From Rhodoluna sp. (lineage in GTDB: Bacteria > Actinomycetota > Actinomycetes > Actinomycetales > Microbacteriaceae), in NCBI GenBank assembly GCA_021741685.1, contig JAIOXI010000002.1, positions 604 to 64,603 of the forward strand: a stretch of DNA of 64,000 nt, given 5' to 3'. Below the pieces are notes generated by a model. It saw only the letters and a list, made by a program, of their open reading frames with translations. It searched no databases and was not told the DNA's origin. Of the stretch, positions 38,588 to 47,747 are shown piece after piece (position 1 is the first letter of the stretch; every line of letters begins with the position of its first letter). Made by a program: the position numbers and the translations under genes.

Positions 38588-40261
38588 ATGGCAACTGCAA
38601 CCAAGACAGCACCTTCTGCTTCAATGCAGAAGAAGTCAAAGGGAAGAATCGTCGTTGACTGGCTGACCACAACCGACCACAAGAAAATCGGTTACCTCTA
38701 CCTGATTACATCTTTCGTTTACTTTCTGATCGGTGGCGTGATGGCCTTGGTCATCCGGGCGCAATTGGCAGCACCCGGCCTAGACATTGTGCAGACCAAA
38801 GAGCAGTACAACCAGCTGTTTACAATGCACGGCACAATCATGCTGCTCATGTTTGCTACACCTTTGTTCGCAGCTTTTGCAAACATCTTGATGCCGGTTC
38901 AAATCGGTGCTCCCGACGTTGCCTTCCCACGTTTGAACGCGATCGCCTACTGGTTCTATTTCTTCGGTTCGTTCATTGCGGTAGCAGGTTTCTTCACACC
39001 GCAGGGTGCTGCCAGCTTCGGGTGGTTTGCCTACGCACCGCTTTCAAGCACTACGTTCTCACCGGGACTCGGAGGAGACCTGTGGGTCTTTGGCCTAGCG
39101 CTTAGCGGTTTCGGAACCATCATGGGTGGTGTCAACTTCATCACGACAATCTTGACCATGCGCGCACCTGGCATGACCATGTTCCGCATGCCGATCTTTA
39201 CCTGGAACACTCTGGTTACTTCGATTCTTGTCATCATGTGTTTCCCACCGCTAGCCGCTGCGCTGTTTGCACTTGGAGCCGACCGTCGTTTTGGCGCTCA
39301 CATCTTTGACCCTGAAAACGGTGGCCCGATGCTCTGGCAGCACCTGTTCTGGTTCTTCGGGCATCCCGAGGTTTACATTCTTGCGCTGCCGTTCTTCGGC
39401 ATAGTCTCGGAGATCTTCCCAGTATTCAGTCGCAAACCGGTGTTCGGCTATAAGACATTGGTTTTTGCGACCATTGCAATCGCCGCGCTATCGATGACCG
39501 TGTGGGCTCACCACATGTATGTCACCGGTGGTGTTTTGCTTCCGTTCTTCGCATTTACAACGATGCTGATCGCAGTGCCAACCGGTGTGAAGGTCTTTAA
39601 CTGGATAGGCACGATGTGGAAGGGTTCAATCACCTACGAGACACCGATGCTTTACTCGCTCGGTTTCTTGACCACGTTTATCTTCGGCGGCCTCACCGGT
39701 GTAATCCTGGCCTCGCCAACTCTCGACTTTCACCTCAGTGATAGCTACTTCGTTGTCGCTCACTTTCACTACGTAGTCTTCGGAACTGTGGTCTTCGCTA
39801 TGTTTGCCGGAATATTCTTCTGGTACCCAAAGATGACTGGCAAGATGTTGAACGAGCGACTCGGCAAGATCCAGTTCTGGTTACTTTTCCTAGGTTTCCA
39901 TGCAACCTTCCTGATTCAGCACTGGCTTGGTGTAATCGGAATGCCGCGACGATATGCGACCTATCTGCCTGAAGATGGCTTCGAGTGGATGAACTTCGTT
40001 TCAACTCTCGGATCAGCGCTGCTTGCGATTTCGATGTTGCCATTCCTTTGGAACGTCTACATCACAGCCAAGCGCGGCGTGAAGACAACCCTCAATGACC
40101 CTTGGGGTTATGGCCGCTCTCTCGAGTGGGCAACCGAGTCTCCTTTCCCTCGCCACAACTTCACGTCGATGCCGAGGGTTCGCTCAGAGTCTCCAGCTTT
40201 CGACCTGAATCACCCGGAGCACGCGGCACCAGAGGCTAAGAGCGAAAAGAAGAAGGGCTAG
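38588..40261 (+). CDS. ctaD: Cytochrome c oxidase subunit I
   Basis: [35 protein letters not shown]. Confidence 0.99.
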   Translation: MATATKTAPSASMQKKSKGRIVVDWLTTTDHKKIGYLYLITSFVYFLIGGVMALVIRAQLAAPGLDIVQTKEQYNQLFTMHGTIMLLMFATPLFAAFANILMPVQIGAPDVAFPRLNAIAYWFYFFGSFIAVAGFFTPQGAASFGWFAYAPLSSTTFSPGLGGDLWVFGLALSGFGTIMGGVNFITTILTMRAPGMTMFRMPIFTWNTLVTSILVIMCFPPLAAALFALGADRRFGAHIFDPENGGPMLWQHLFWFFGHPEVYILALPFFGIVSEIFPVFSRKPVFGYKTLVFATIAIAALSMTVWAHHMYVTGGVLLPFFAFTTMLIAVPTGVKVFNWIGTMWKGSITYETPMLYSLGFLTTFIFGGLTGVILASPTLDFHLSDSYFVVAHFHYVVFGTVVFAMFAGIFFWYPKMTGKMLNERLGKIQFWLLFLGFHATFLIQHWLGVIGMPRRYATYLPEDGFEWMNFVSTLGSALLAISMLPFLWNVYITAKRGVKTTLNDPWGYGRSLEWATESPFPRHNFTSMPRVRSESPAFDLNHPEHAAPEAKSEKKKG

Positions 40262-40267
40262 TCAACC

Positions 40268-40684
40268 ATGAAGTTCAATGCGCAGTTGATGTGGTTTCTA
40301 GCCGCCTTCTATGCCCTCGCATCGGGCGGTTACATCGTCTGGTATGCCAACAGCTACGGTGGTGCATTTGAGCCAATCGGTTCGGCTGCTATAGCCATGC
40401 TTGCAATCATGGCTGCGTTTTTGGCCTTCTACTTGCAGATGACGCAAAAGCGCCAGGGACCGGTTCCTGAAGATCGTCTAGACGCTCGAGTAGAAGACGG
40501 CGACTTCGAGGCTGGCTACTTCGCTCCTTGGAGCTGGTGGCCGCTGTTTATGGGTCTATTTGCCTCGGTTTGCTTCGCAGCACTTGCTGTCGGTTGGTGG
40601 ATGTTCTTCATCGGTTTCCCGCTAGCCATGGTCGCTCTTATTGGTTTTGTGTTCGAGCGCAGCCGCGGACAAAACGCCCACTAG
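40268..40684 (+). CDS. ctaF: Cytochrome c oxidase subunit IV (actinobacterial)
   Basis: PEDR...GYFAPWSWWP, C-terminal FE..RG..AH; follows ctaD. Confidence 0.93.
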   Translation: MKFNAQLMWFLAAFYALASGGYIVWYANSYGGAFEPIGSAAIAMLAIMAAFLAFYLQMTQKRQGPVPEDRLDARVEDGDFEAGYFAPWSWWPLFMGLFASVCFAALAVGWWMFFIGFPLAMVALIGFVFERSRGQNAH

Positions 40685-40698
40685 TCAGAACTAGATTG

Positions 40699-40727
40699 AT
40701 CCCGCTGGTGTGAACCGGCGGGATTTT
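40699..40727 (+). terminator. Terminator of ctaCDF
   Basis: ATCCCGCTGGT-GTGA-ACCGGCGGGAT followed by TTT. Confidence 0.8.
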
Positions 40728-41075
40728 CTATTCCAGGTTGGTATCTGCCCAAAACACAATTGCGTCGTGGTGAAACTTGGCTAGGCCTGGGCTGACAGCT
40801 TCGTATGAGTCGCGATAGGGCGAGGGGAGCAGGTAGCCCTGTGCCAAGGCTTTGTAGGTGGCTCTTGTCGGTGCCCAGAATTGTGAACAGAACTCATAGT
40901 GCTGCCGCACAAGCTCTTGCACTCGGTCGTCAGAAACCGGCACGGCCTCGAGCTGTGCTTGCTTGAAAGCACTTGTGATTGCGCTGAACGCTGCTGTGAA
41001 CTGTGAGTTTTGTTCTGCCGAGTAATTGCTGGGATAGGCAGATGCGTGGTTGGCTGCCGGGTCCAGTTCTCTCAT
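40728..41075 (-). CDS. Stand-alone TipAS antibiotic-recognition domain protein
   Basis: VQELVRQHYEFCSQFWAPTRATYKALAQGY...YRDSYEAVSPGLAKFHHDAI matches the TipAS pattern; start placed at ATG 41075, downstream of the qcr terminator. Confidence 0.72.
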   Translation of the reverse strand: MRELDPAANHASAYPSNYSAEQNSQFTAAFSAITSAFKQAQLEAVPVSDDRVQELVRQHYEFCSQFWAPTRATYKALAQGYLLPSPYRDSYEAVSPGLAKFHHDAIVFWADTNLE

Positions 41076-41102
41076 GCATTCAGCATAAATCAGCCCCAAT
41101 GA

Positions 41103-41130
41103 GAAATGCCCCGCCAAATTGACGGGGCAG
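41103..41130 (-). terminator. Terminator of ctaE-qcrCAB
   Basis: Minus strand TGCCCCGTCA-ATT-TGGCGGGGCA followed by TTTC. Confidence 0.7.
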
Positions 41131-41141
41131 ACTCTATTTGC

Positions 41142-42908
41142 TTACTTCTTCTTTGAAGCAGATTTCTTAGCCGCAGGTTTTTTAGCAGCTGACTTCTTTA
41201 CGGTTTTCTTAGCAACTGCTTTTTTAGCAACTGGCTTTTTAGCCACTGACTTCTTGGTAGTGCTTTTCTTTGCAGCGGGCTTCTTGGCTGCCGGCGCTGC
41301 TTCGATCGCAGGAGCGTGATCGTGATTGGCCTCATCGAGTTCGAGCTGGTCAACCGGTGCAACTCGGTCTTGAAAATAGAACTTAGAGAATGATGCGCGA
41401 ACACGCGCCTTCACTGTTATTTTTCCATCTTCGTTTGGTCTGGCAAGGGTTGGCTGATATGACTTGAAATCAACCAGCTTGTACATCTCGAACTTGTCGA
41501 GAGGCTCGTGAACTTCGACGAACTCACCGTGCGGCAGTCGAATGATTCGGCCTGACTCGCGACCGTGCAAGACGATTTCACGATCCTTGCGCTGCAGAGC
41601 CAGAGCAATCCTCTTGGTAACCCAGAATGCTGCAATCGGTGCGACTATCAACAAGATTTGCATGCTGAGCAGAACCTGGTTTAGGGAAACCCTGAAGTGG
41701 GTAGCAATGAGGTCAGTTGCTGCTCCGGCCCAAAGTACCGCGTAGAAGGTCACACCGGCTGCGCCAATGGCTGTGCGAACTGGGGCGTTTCTTGGGCGGT
41801 CTAGAACGTGGTGCTCGCGGTCGTCTCCGGTCACAAACTTTTCAATGAAAGGATACGCGCCAACTACGACTAGGAACAGCACGCCAACAACCAGCGGAAT
41901 AAGAATGTTGAACGACCAGGTGCCGCCGAGGGCAACGATTTCTAGGTGTGACGGTGCAAGACGCAACGCACCATCTAGCCATCCGATGTACCAGTCTGGC
42001 TGGGTTCCGGCCGATACAGGGGAGGGGTCGTACCCACCGTAGTTCCAGATTGGGTTGATGGTGAAGGTTGCAGAAATCAACATGATTGCGCCGAACACGA
42101 TGAAGAAGAAACCGCCAGCCTTCGCAACATAAACCGGCATAAGTGGGTAGCCAACCACGTTGGTGTCTTTGCGACCCGGACCCGAATAGTGGGTGTGCTT
42201 GTGAATGACCACCATGAACAAGTGCACTGCGAGCAGCAAGATGATGAGCGCTGGAATGATCATGATGTGCAAGCTATAGAGTCTCGCGACTACCGCATGG
42301 CCAGGGAATTCTCCGTCAAACAAGAGCGAGGAAATCGAGCTTCCGATAACCGGAACACCCTTGAGCATTCCGTCGATGATGCGAAGACCGTTTCCTGAGA
42401 GCAAATCATCTGGAAGTGAGTAACCGGTGAAACCGCCACCCATGCCTAAGACGAAAAGAAAGAAACCGACTAGCCAGTTGATCTCACGAGGTTTGCGGAA
42501 TGCACCCGTGAAAAACACACGCAACATGTGCAAGCCAGCAGCTGCAACAAACAATAGGGCAGACCAGTGGTGAACCTGACGCATCAACATTCCGCCGCGA
42601 ACTTCAAACGAGATGTCGAGTGAAGAAGCGTAGGCGATTGACATCTCGGCACCCTTGAGCGGGCCGTAGACGCCGTCGTAGACGACTTCTGCCATAGATG
42701 GCTGGAAGAAGAAGGTTAGGAAGGTTCCCGAGATAAGCAAAACAACGAAGCTGTACATTGCAACTTCACCGAGCATGAACGACCAGTGGTCAGGAAACAC
42801 TTTGCGACCGAACTCTTTTAGAATTCCGGCAACACCCATGCGTTCGTCAAGGTAGTTCGCTCGGTTGCCGAGGAAGGTGCCCTTTTTGTTCGGAGTAGTT
42901 GTGCTCAT
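41142..42908 (-). CDS. qcrB: Cytochrome bcc complex cytochrome b subunit with a Lys-rich C-terminal tail
   Basis: VFPDHWSF.LGE, RQVHHW, LHMLRVFFTG, GYSLPDD, actinobacterial QPDWY; ends in (xxxKK)10. Confidence 0.97.
   Translation of the reverse strand: MSTTTPNKKGTFLGNRANYLDERMGVAGILKEFGRKVFPDHWSFMLGEVAMYSFVVLLISGTFLTFFFQPSMAEVVYDGVYGPLKGAEMSIAYASSLDISFEVRGGMLMRQVHHWSALLFVAAAGLHMLRVFFTGAFRKPREINWLVGFFLFVLGMGGGFTGYSLPDDLLSGNGLRIIDGMLKGVPVIGSSISSLLFDGEFPGHAVVARLYSLHIMIIPALIILLLAVHLFMVVIHKHTHYSGPGRKDTNVVGYPLMPVYVAKAGGFFFIVFGAIMLISATFTINPIWNYGGYDPSPVSAGTQPDWYIGWLDGALRLAPSHLEIVALGGTWSFNILIPLVVGVLFLVVVGAYPFIEKFVTGDDREHHVLDRPRNAPVRTAIGAAGVTFYAVLWAGAATDLIATHFRVSLNQVLLSMQILLIVAPIAAFWVTKRIALALQRKDREIVLHGRESGRIIRLPHGEFVEVHEPLDKFEMYKLVDFKSYQPTLARPNEDGKITVKARVRASFSKFYFQDRVAPVDQLELDEANHDHAPAIEAAPAAKKPAAKKSTTKKSVAKKPVAKKAVAKKTVKKSAAKKPAAKKSASKKK
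41145..41294 (-). repeat. About 15-bp coding tandem repeat giving a histone-H1-like (xxxKK)10 peptide
   Basis: PAAKK PAAKK STTKK SVAKK PVAKK AVAKK TVKK SAAKK PAAKK SASKKK. Confidence 0.92.
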
Positions 42909-42910
42909 TC

Positions 42911-43936
42911 TTAACGCTCCCAGAAGCTAGGGCCGACAGGTTCGTTGAAATCGCTCTGTGCGATTAGGTATCCCTCTGCGTCGACAGCGATAGGAAGCTG
43001 CGGCAGTGGGCGAGCGGCTGGACCGAAAATAACTTTGCAACCATCCACAAGGTCGAAAGTCGACTGGTGACATGGGCAAAGCAGGTGGTGTGTTTGCTGT
43101 TCGTAGAGTGCAACCGGGCAGCCCACGTGGGTACAAATTTTGCTGTACGCAACGATGCCGTCGTAAGACCAGCCCTTGCGTTCTTCGGTCTCGATTAATT
43201 CGGCTGGGTTCACGCGCACTAGGAGAACTGCAGCTTTCGCCTTTTCGTTTAGCTTGTCGTGGTGCAACTCTGCAAGACCGGCTGGGATGACGTGGAACAC
43301 AGATCCGAGTGTGACGTCGCTTGCCTTAATTGGTGTGCCATCCGGGTCTTTCGCTAGGCGAGTGCCCTTCTTCCACATGGTGTGGCGAAGGCTGTCGCCA
43401 GGGTTCGGTCCGAGGTCGCCGAAGAAGAATATTGCCGGCAGCGGAAACAGCGCTAGCGCCGTATACATTGATCGACGAATCAACTTGCGGCGGGTGAAAC
43501 CAGATTCTTGATCTGCAAGCTTGATGATCTCGATTGCTCGAGCGCGCACTTCTTCGCTACCGCGAGTCTGGTGGCGCTCTTCGCTTACTTCGGCATCTGG
43601 CATAAGAGTCTTGGCCCAGTGCACTGCACCGATACCAATGCCGAACAATCCGAGGGTGATTCCCAATCCGAGCCAAAGGTTGTTTGCGCGAACCGTGGCT
43701 AGATCTTCTGTGATTGGAAAAGCGAAATAGGCATAGATAGAGAAAGCGCTGCCGAATGCTGACAGCAAGAAGAGTGCGGCAACCTGACGGTTAGCGCTTC
43801 GCTCGTGCTTGTCGCTCTTGTCGGTCATGCGAACGCGGTGTGGCTCAAGACCGGGGTCTTTAACCTTGTCGGCTGAAACGACAGCCAAGCCACCCTCGTA
43901 CTTATGCTCTTTGGCTGATTTAGCCTTTTCGCTCAA
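42911..43936 (-). CDS. qcrA: Cytochrome bcc Rieske iron-sulfur subunit
   Basis: CTHVGC and CPCHQS Rieske boxes; internal RR (TRRKLI) before TM3. Confidence 0.97.
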   Translation of the reverse strand: MSEKAKSAKEHKYEGGLAVVSADKVKDPGLEPHRVRMTDKSDKHERSANRQVAALFLLSAFGSAFSIYAYFAFPITEDLATVRANNLWLGLGITLGLFGIGIGAVHWAKTLMPDAEVSEERHQTRGSEEVRARAIEIIKLADQESGFTRRKLIRRSMYTALALFPLPAIFFFGDLGPNPGDSLRHTMWKKGTRLAKDPDGTPIKASDVTLGSVFHVIPAGLAELHHDKLNEKAKAAVLLVRVNPAELIETEERKGWSYDGIVAYSKICTHVGCPVALYEQQTHHLLCPCHQSTFDLVDGCKVIFGPAARPLPQLPIAVDAEGYLIAQSDFNEPVGPSFWER

Positions 43937-43960
43937 TTCGTTGCTCCCTTTAATTGAAAA

Positions 43961-44767
43961 CTAATTTGACTTCGCGCCAAGCCACATTGTTATGAGAATT
44001 ATTAGACCCAACCCGAAAATCCATAGGAATAATCCCTCGGCAACGGGACCTAGCCCGGCTAGTTCATAGCCACCGGCCGATGGGTTTGTCTCTACGTAGT
44101 TCAGGTAGGTGATGATGTCTTTCTTGTCTTGCGGAGTCAGGTTGGCGTCGTTGAAAACCGGCATATTCTGCGGGCCGGTAACCATTGCCTCGTAAACGTG
44201 TTTGGCCGGAACGCCAGCTAGGGCAGGAGCCCACTTGCCTTCGGTAAGTGCGCCACCAGCGCCTACGGCGTTGTGGCACATCGCGCAGTTAATTCTGAAT
44301 AGTTCTCCGCCTCGAGCTGAATCTCCATTGGCGGCAATCATGTCGGCGGTAGGAATTTCTGGACCAACGCCCAGCGATGCAACATAGGCTGCCATCGCTG
44401 CGATCTGTTCTTCGGTGAACTGGACGGGTTTCTTATCGAGCTGAGGTCCGCTGGCCTGACCGGGCATGCGGCCACTTGAAACTTGGAAGTCAACCGAAGC
44501 GGCACCGACACCAATTAGGGTTGGGCCGGCTTTTGTTCCAACACCATTGGTGCCGTGGCAGGTTGCACAGTTTGCCAAGAAGAGTTTCTCGCCCTCGACA
44601 ATTTGCTCTTGGGCCGAGATTGCAGTCTTGGCGGTGCTGGTCTCCACCGCGGCTGTTGCGACAGCGTAGCTACCACCGCTCATGATTAACCCCGCCGCGA
44701 TCACAAGAATCGCTGCCAGAGGGCTGCGTCGTGAATTCTTCAGGGTCTTTTTCATGTTGTTTGTCAT
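43961..44767 (-). CDS. qcrC: Cytochrome bcc diheme cytochrome c subunit
   Basis: Two CxxCH motifs (CATCH, CAMCH), GRMP, GPQNMP. Confidence 0.97.
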   Translation of the reverse strand: MTNNMKKTLKNSRRSPLAAILVIAAGLIMSGGSYAVATAAVETSTAKTAISAQEQIVEGEKLFLANCATCHGTNGVGTKAGPTLIGVGAASVDFQVSSGRMPGQASGPQLDKKPVQFTEEQIAAMAAYVASLGVGPEIPTADMIAANGDSARGGELFRINCAMCHNAVGAGGALTEGKWAPALAGVPAKHVYEAMVTGPQNMPVFNDANLTPQDKKDIITYLNYVETNPSAGGYELAGLGPVAEGLFLWIFGLGLIILITMWLGAKSN

Positions 44768-44779
44768 TTGCTCTAACTC

Positions 44780-45397
44780 TTATTTGAGAACGTAGATGAT
44801 AAGGAACAGGCCAATCCAAACCACGTCAACGAAGTGCCAGTAGTAAGACACCACGATGGCTCCGGTTGCTTCGTAGTGGCCGAACTTCTTGGCTGCGAAA
44901 GTGCGACCGATGATAAGAAGGAACGCAATCAATCCGCCGGTAACGTGCAGTGCGTGAAAACCGGTGGTGATGTAGAAGGCGCTGCCGTAAGAATCGGAGT
45001 CAAGGGCGACGCCGTCTGAAATTAGGGTTGCGTACTCCCAAACCTGTCCAGAAACGAAGACGGCACCGAGAACGTAAGAGATTAGGAACCACTCGACCAT
45101 GCCCCACTGAGCTGGTGACCAACCCGTCGCTCGGGGCTGCATGCGCTCGGCAGCAAAGACACCGAACTGCGCGGTGAATGATGAAGCAACCAAAATCAGG
45201 GTGTTGGTCAGTGCGAAAGGCACGTTTAGGTGCTCGGTTCCGGCCTCCCAAAGGGCTGGTGAGTTAGCTCTGAGGCTGAAATACATGGCAAAAAGTGCCG
45301 CGAAGAACATGACTTCACTGCCCAGCCAGACGATAGTTCCGACCGAAGTTGCACTCGGACGATTGATGGTTGGAGAAGAAAAAGTCGCAGTAGACAT
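44780..45397 (-). CDS. ctaE: Cytochrome c oxidase subunit III
   Basis: [31 protein letters not shown]. Confidence 0.97.
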   Translation of the reverse strand: MSTATFSSPTINRPSATSVGTIVWLGSEVMFFAALFAMYFSLRANSPALWEAGTEHLNVPFALTNTLILVASSFTAQFGVFAAERMQPRATGWSPAQWGMVEWFLISYVLGAVFVSGQVWEYATLISDGVALDSDSYGSAFYITTGFHALHVTGGLIAFLLIIGRTFAAKKFGHYEATGAIVVSYYWHFVDVVWIGLFLIIYVLK

Positions 45398-45481
45398 GTG
45401 CTTAATGCTAACTCACGATGCTTGCCAATTCGGGCTTATTCGGGCGAATTCACGCGGTTTTTCGGCAATATACTTAACCTC

Positions 45482-46546
45482 ATGACGCAAACAATCGGCT
45501 GGCCGACGATTCTCAAAAAACTTCTAGCCAAGGGCGACTTAACTCGGCAGGAGGCCGGTTGGGCAATGACCGAAATCATGGATGGGTCTTCGTCAGAAGC
45601 TGAAATCGGAGCGTTCATGATGGCTCTGCGAAGCAAAGGTGAGACCGTCGAGGAGCTCTCGGGATTGGTCGACGTGATGCTCGAGAAATCAGTATTGCTA
45701 AACATTGGCGCAGATGCTCTAGACATTGTCGGCACCGGTGGCGATATGATCGGAACCGTAAACATCTCGACGATGGCATCAATCCTGGCGGCAGCCACAG
45801 GGGTAGGGGTCATGAAGCACGGCAGTCGCTCTGCCTCGGGTAAGACCGGATCTGCAGAGATGCTTGAAGTGCTTGGCATTCGACTTGATTTGTCGGCCGA
45901 ACGAGTCGCAGAGGTCTTTGGCGAAGTGGGATTGACCTTTTTCTTTGCGCCGGTCTTTCATCCGGCAATGCGCCACGTGGCTCCTGTGCGCAAGGCTCTC
46001 GGCGTGCCAACAACCTTCAATTTTCTTGGACCGCTGGCGAATCCAGCCCAACCGATTGCAACCTCTCTTGGCGTAGCCGACCGTCAAATCGCGCCGCTGA
46101 TGGCAGCAGAATTGGCTGCCAGGGGTCGAAATGCCCTAGTTTTCAGGGGTTCAGACGGGCTTGATGAGCTCACCACGACCGGAAACAGCGAAATTTGGCT
46201 GGTTCAAGGGGGAGTGGTGACCGAATTCGCCCTCGATCCGAGCGATTTTGGCCTAGAAACTGTTGAAATTAGCGCTTTACTCGGTGCAAATGCCAAACAC
46301 AACGCCGAAGTCGCGAGGAGCCTTTTCAGTGAGCCTGGCAACCCGAAGAATAAGGCGGTGCGAGAGGTAGTTGCGCTAAATGCGGCCGGGGGACTCGTCG
46401 CCTACGAACTCTCAAAAAAGCAGATCGAAACCCAGCAGCAGCTAAATGAAGAATTCGCTCGACAGTTAGTCAGGGTTTTCGATGCACTCGACTCAGGCGC
46501 GGCCTCAGAAAAACTCTCTTCATGGATGTCGGCCTCGCAGGCCTAG
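45482..46546 (+). CDS. trpD: Anthranilate phosphoribosyltransferase
   Basis: DIVGTGGD, NISTM, KHGSRSASG, FHPAMR, GPLANP, DGLDE; start at ATG 45482. Confidence 0.96.
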   Translation: MTQTIGWPTILKKLLAKGDLTRQEAGWAMTEIMDGSSSEAEIGAFMMALRSKGETVEELSGLVDVMLEKSVLLNIGADALDIVGTGGDMIGTVNISTMASILAAATGVGVMKHGSRSASGKTGSAEMLEVLGIRLDLSAERVAEVFGEVGLTFFFAPVFHPAMRHVAPVRKALGVPTTFNFLGPLANPAQPIATSLGVADRQIAPLMAAELAARGRNALVFRGSDGLDELTTTGNSEIWLVQGGVVTEFALDPSDFGLETVEISALLGANAKHNAEVARSLFSEPGNPKNKAVREVVALNAAGGLVAYELSKKQIETQQQLNEEFARQLVRVFDALDSGAASEKLSSWMSASQA

Positions 46547-46613
46547 CAAAAACCATTTGCCCGGTGAAACTAACCTGCCAGGGGGAAGTGGCTCTGAGGG
46601 TCAAATATCGACT

Positions 46614-46641
46614 ACTTGACATAATGTTCATTATCGGCGAA
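46614..46641 (-). other. dif: dif chromosome dimer resolution site (XerCD)
   Basis: Minus strand TTCGCCGATAAT-GAAC-ATTATGTCAAGT matches the actinobacterial dif consensus TTCGCCGATAATVNACATTATGTCAAGT as I recall it; intergenic between convergent genes, where dominant gene orientation flips. Confidence 0.92.
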
Positions 46642-46652
46642 AGGGATACCGA

Positions 46653-47114
46653 CTAAGCCAGGTGGTCCGCCAGAAAATCAACCAACCCGTGTGGTCCGAC
46701 CATCTCGCCCAGCTCAATTAGATCCTCGAGTTTCCACCAGCGAAACTCCAAAATGTCTCGACGTTCATCGTCAGTCCAGTCGGAATCGTCCAGTTCAAAA
46801 CCTTCAACTTCGAGTTGAAAGAAATAATCTACGTAACTGTGCGAGTTCACGCCGTCGCCCCAGCGCCAGGTTCCGGCCTGTTGCCAAATCTGTTTGCCCA
46901 GCTGGTCTTCGGTGACCCTGAGACCCGTTTCCTCGAGCAATTCGCGCACGGCGGCCTCTCTGGGTGTCTCACCGGCGTCGATGCCTCCGCCAGGCGTTAT
47001 CCAGCGGGGTTCTAGACCCACCTCGGGGTCAAAGTGCGTTTTCAGCAGAAAAACCCGCTTCTGCGGGTCAACCAGTAGCACTCTGGCTGTCTCTCGATGC
47101 TGACCCGGCTGCAT
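46653..47114 (-). CDS. NUDIX hydrolase
   Basis: Nudix box GGGIDAGETPREAAVRELLEETGL. Confidence 0.92.
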   Translation of the reverse strand: MQPGQHRETARVLLVDPQKRVFLLKTHFDPEVGLEPRWITPGGGIDAGETPREAAVRELLEETGLRVTEDQLGKQIWQQAGTWRWGDGVNSHSYVDYFFQLEVEGFELDDSDWTDDERRDILEFRWWKLEDLIELGEMVGPHGLVDFLADHLA

Positions 47115-47126
47115 GGCTCTCTGGCG

Positions 47127-47708
47127 CTACTTCTGAAACTTGAAGAACTTGAGCGAGGCCTGCATTAGGTAGCCGATGCAGATTGCGAAAATTAGGGTTC
47201 CCTCGCGCACCTGACCGCCCATGATCCAGCCAATGGTCAGCACGGTGCCTTCGTACATGGTTCTAACCGCCCAAAACGGCCACTTGAGCACGCGTTGGGT
47301 TCCAAGCATCAAGCCATCCCTGGGGCCGCTGCCTAGATTTGCGGTTATATAGAGGCCGGTGGCGAAGGCGACGGTGGCCATGCCGAGCACAAACATGGCG
47401 AAATTAGCTAGGTAGCCATCAAAATGCGGCACATAGGGCATCCAGAGGTCGGCAAACAGGCCGATGCATATGGCGTTCAAGACCGAGCCAATGCCCGGCT
47501 TAACTTTGAGCGGAATCCAAGCGATCAACACAATCACCGAGACCACGATGCTGGCCTGCCCGTAGGTCGTGCCGAAGGTCTTCGAGATGCCCTGTGCGAA
47601 GACATCCCAGGGCGGAACACCGATCTCTGCCTTGATTACCATGGCCAAGGCCAAACCATAAATGAACAGCCCTAGCATTAGGCGAGACATCGAACGCAGG
47701 TTGGGCAT
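47127..47708 (-). CDS. YczE/YyaS/YitT-family membrane protein
   Basis: GVPPWDVF.QG, KPGIGS..N, LGSGPRDGLM; about six TM segments. Confidence 0.85.
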   Translation of the reverse strand: MPNLRSMSRLMLGLFIYGLALAMVIKAEIGVPPWDVFAQGISKTFGTTYGQASIVVSVIVLIAWIPLKVKPGIGSVLNAICIGLFADLWMPYVPHFDGYLANFAMFVLGMATVAFATGLYITANLGSGPRDGLMLGTQRVLKWPFWAVRTMYEGTVLTIGWIMGGQVREGTLIFAICIGYLMQASLKFFKFQK

Positions 47709-47747
47709 TACCCTAGCCTAGACCGCACCAACTGCTAGGAGACCGAC

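Noticed and set aside
41119-41319. 66-aa hydrophobic FLAAG-repeat ORF on the + strand
   Set aside because: It is the reverse complement of the QcrB Lys-rich tail (AAG/AAA read as CTT/TTT); no independent evidence of expression.
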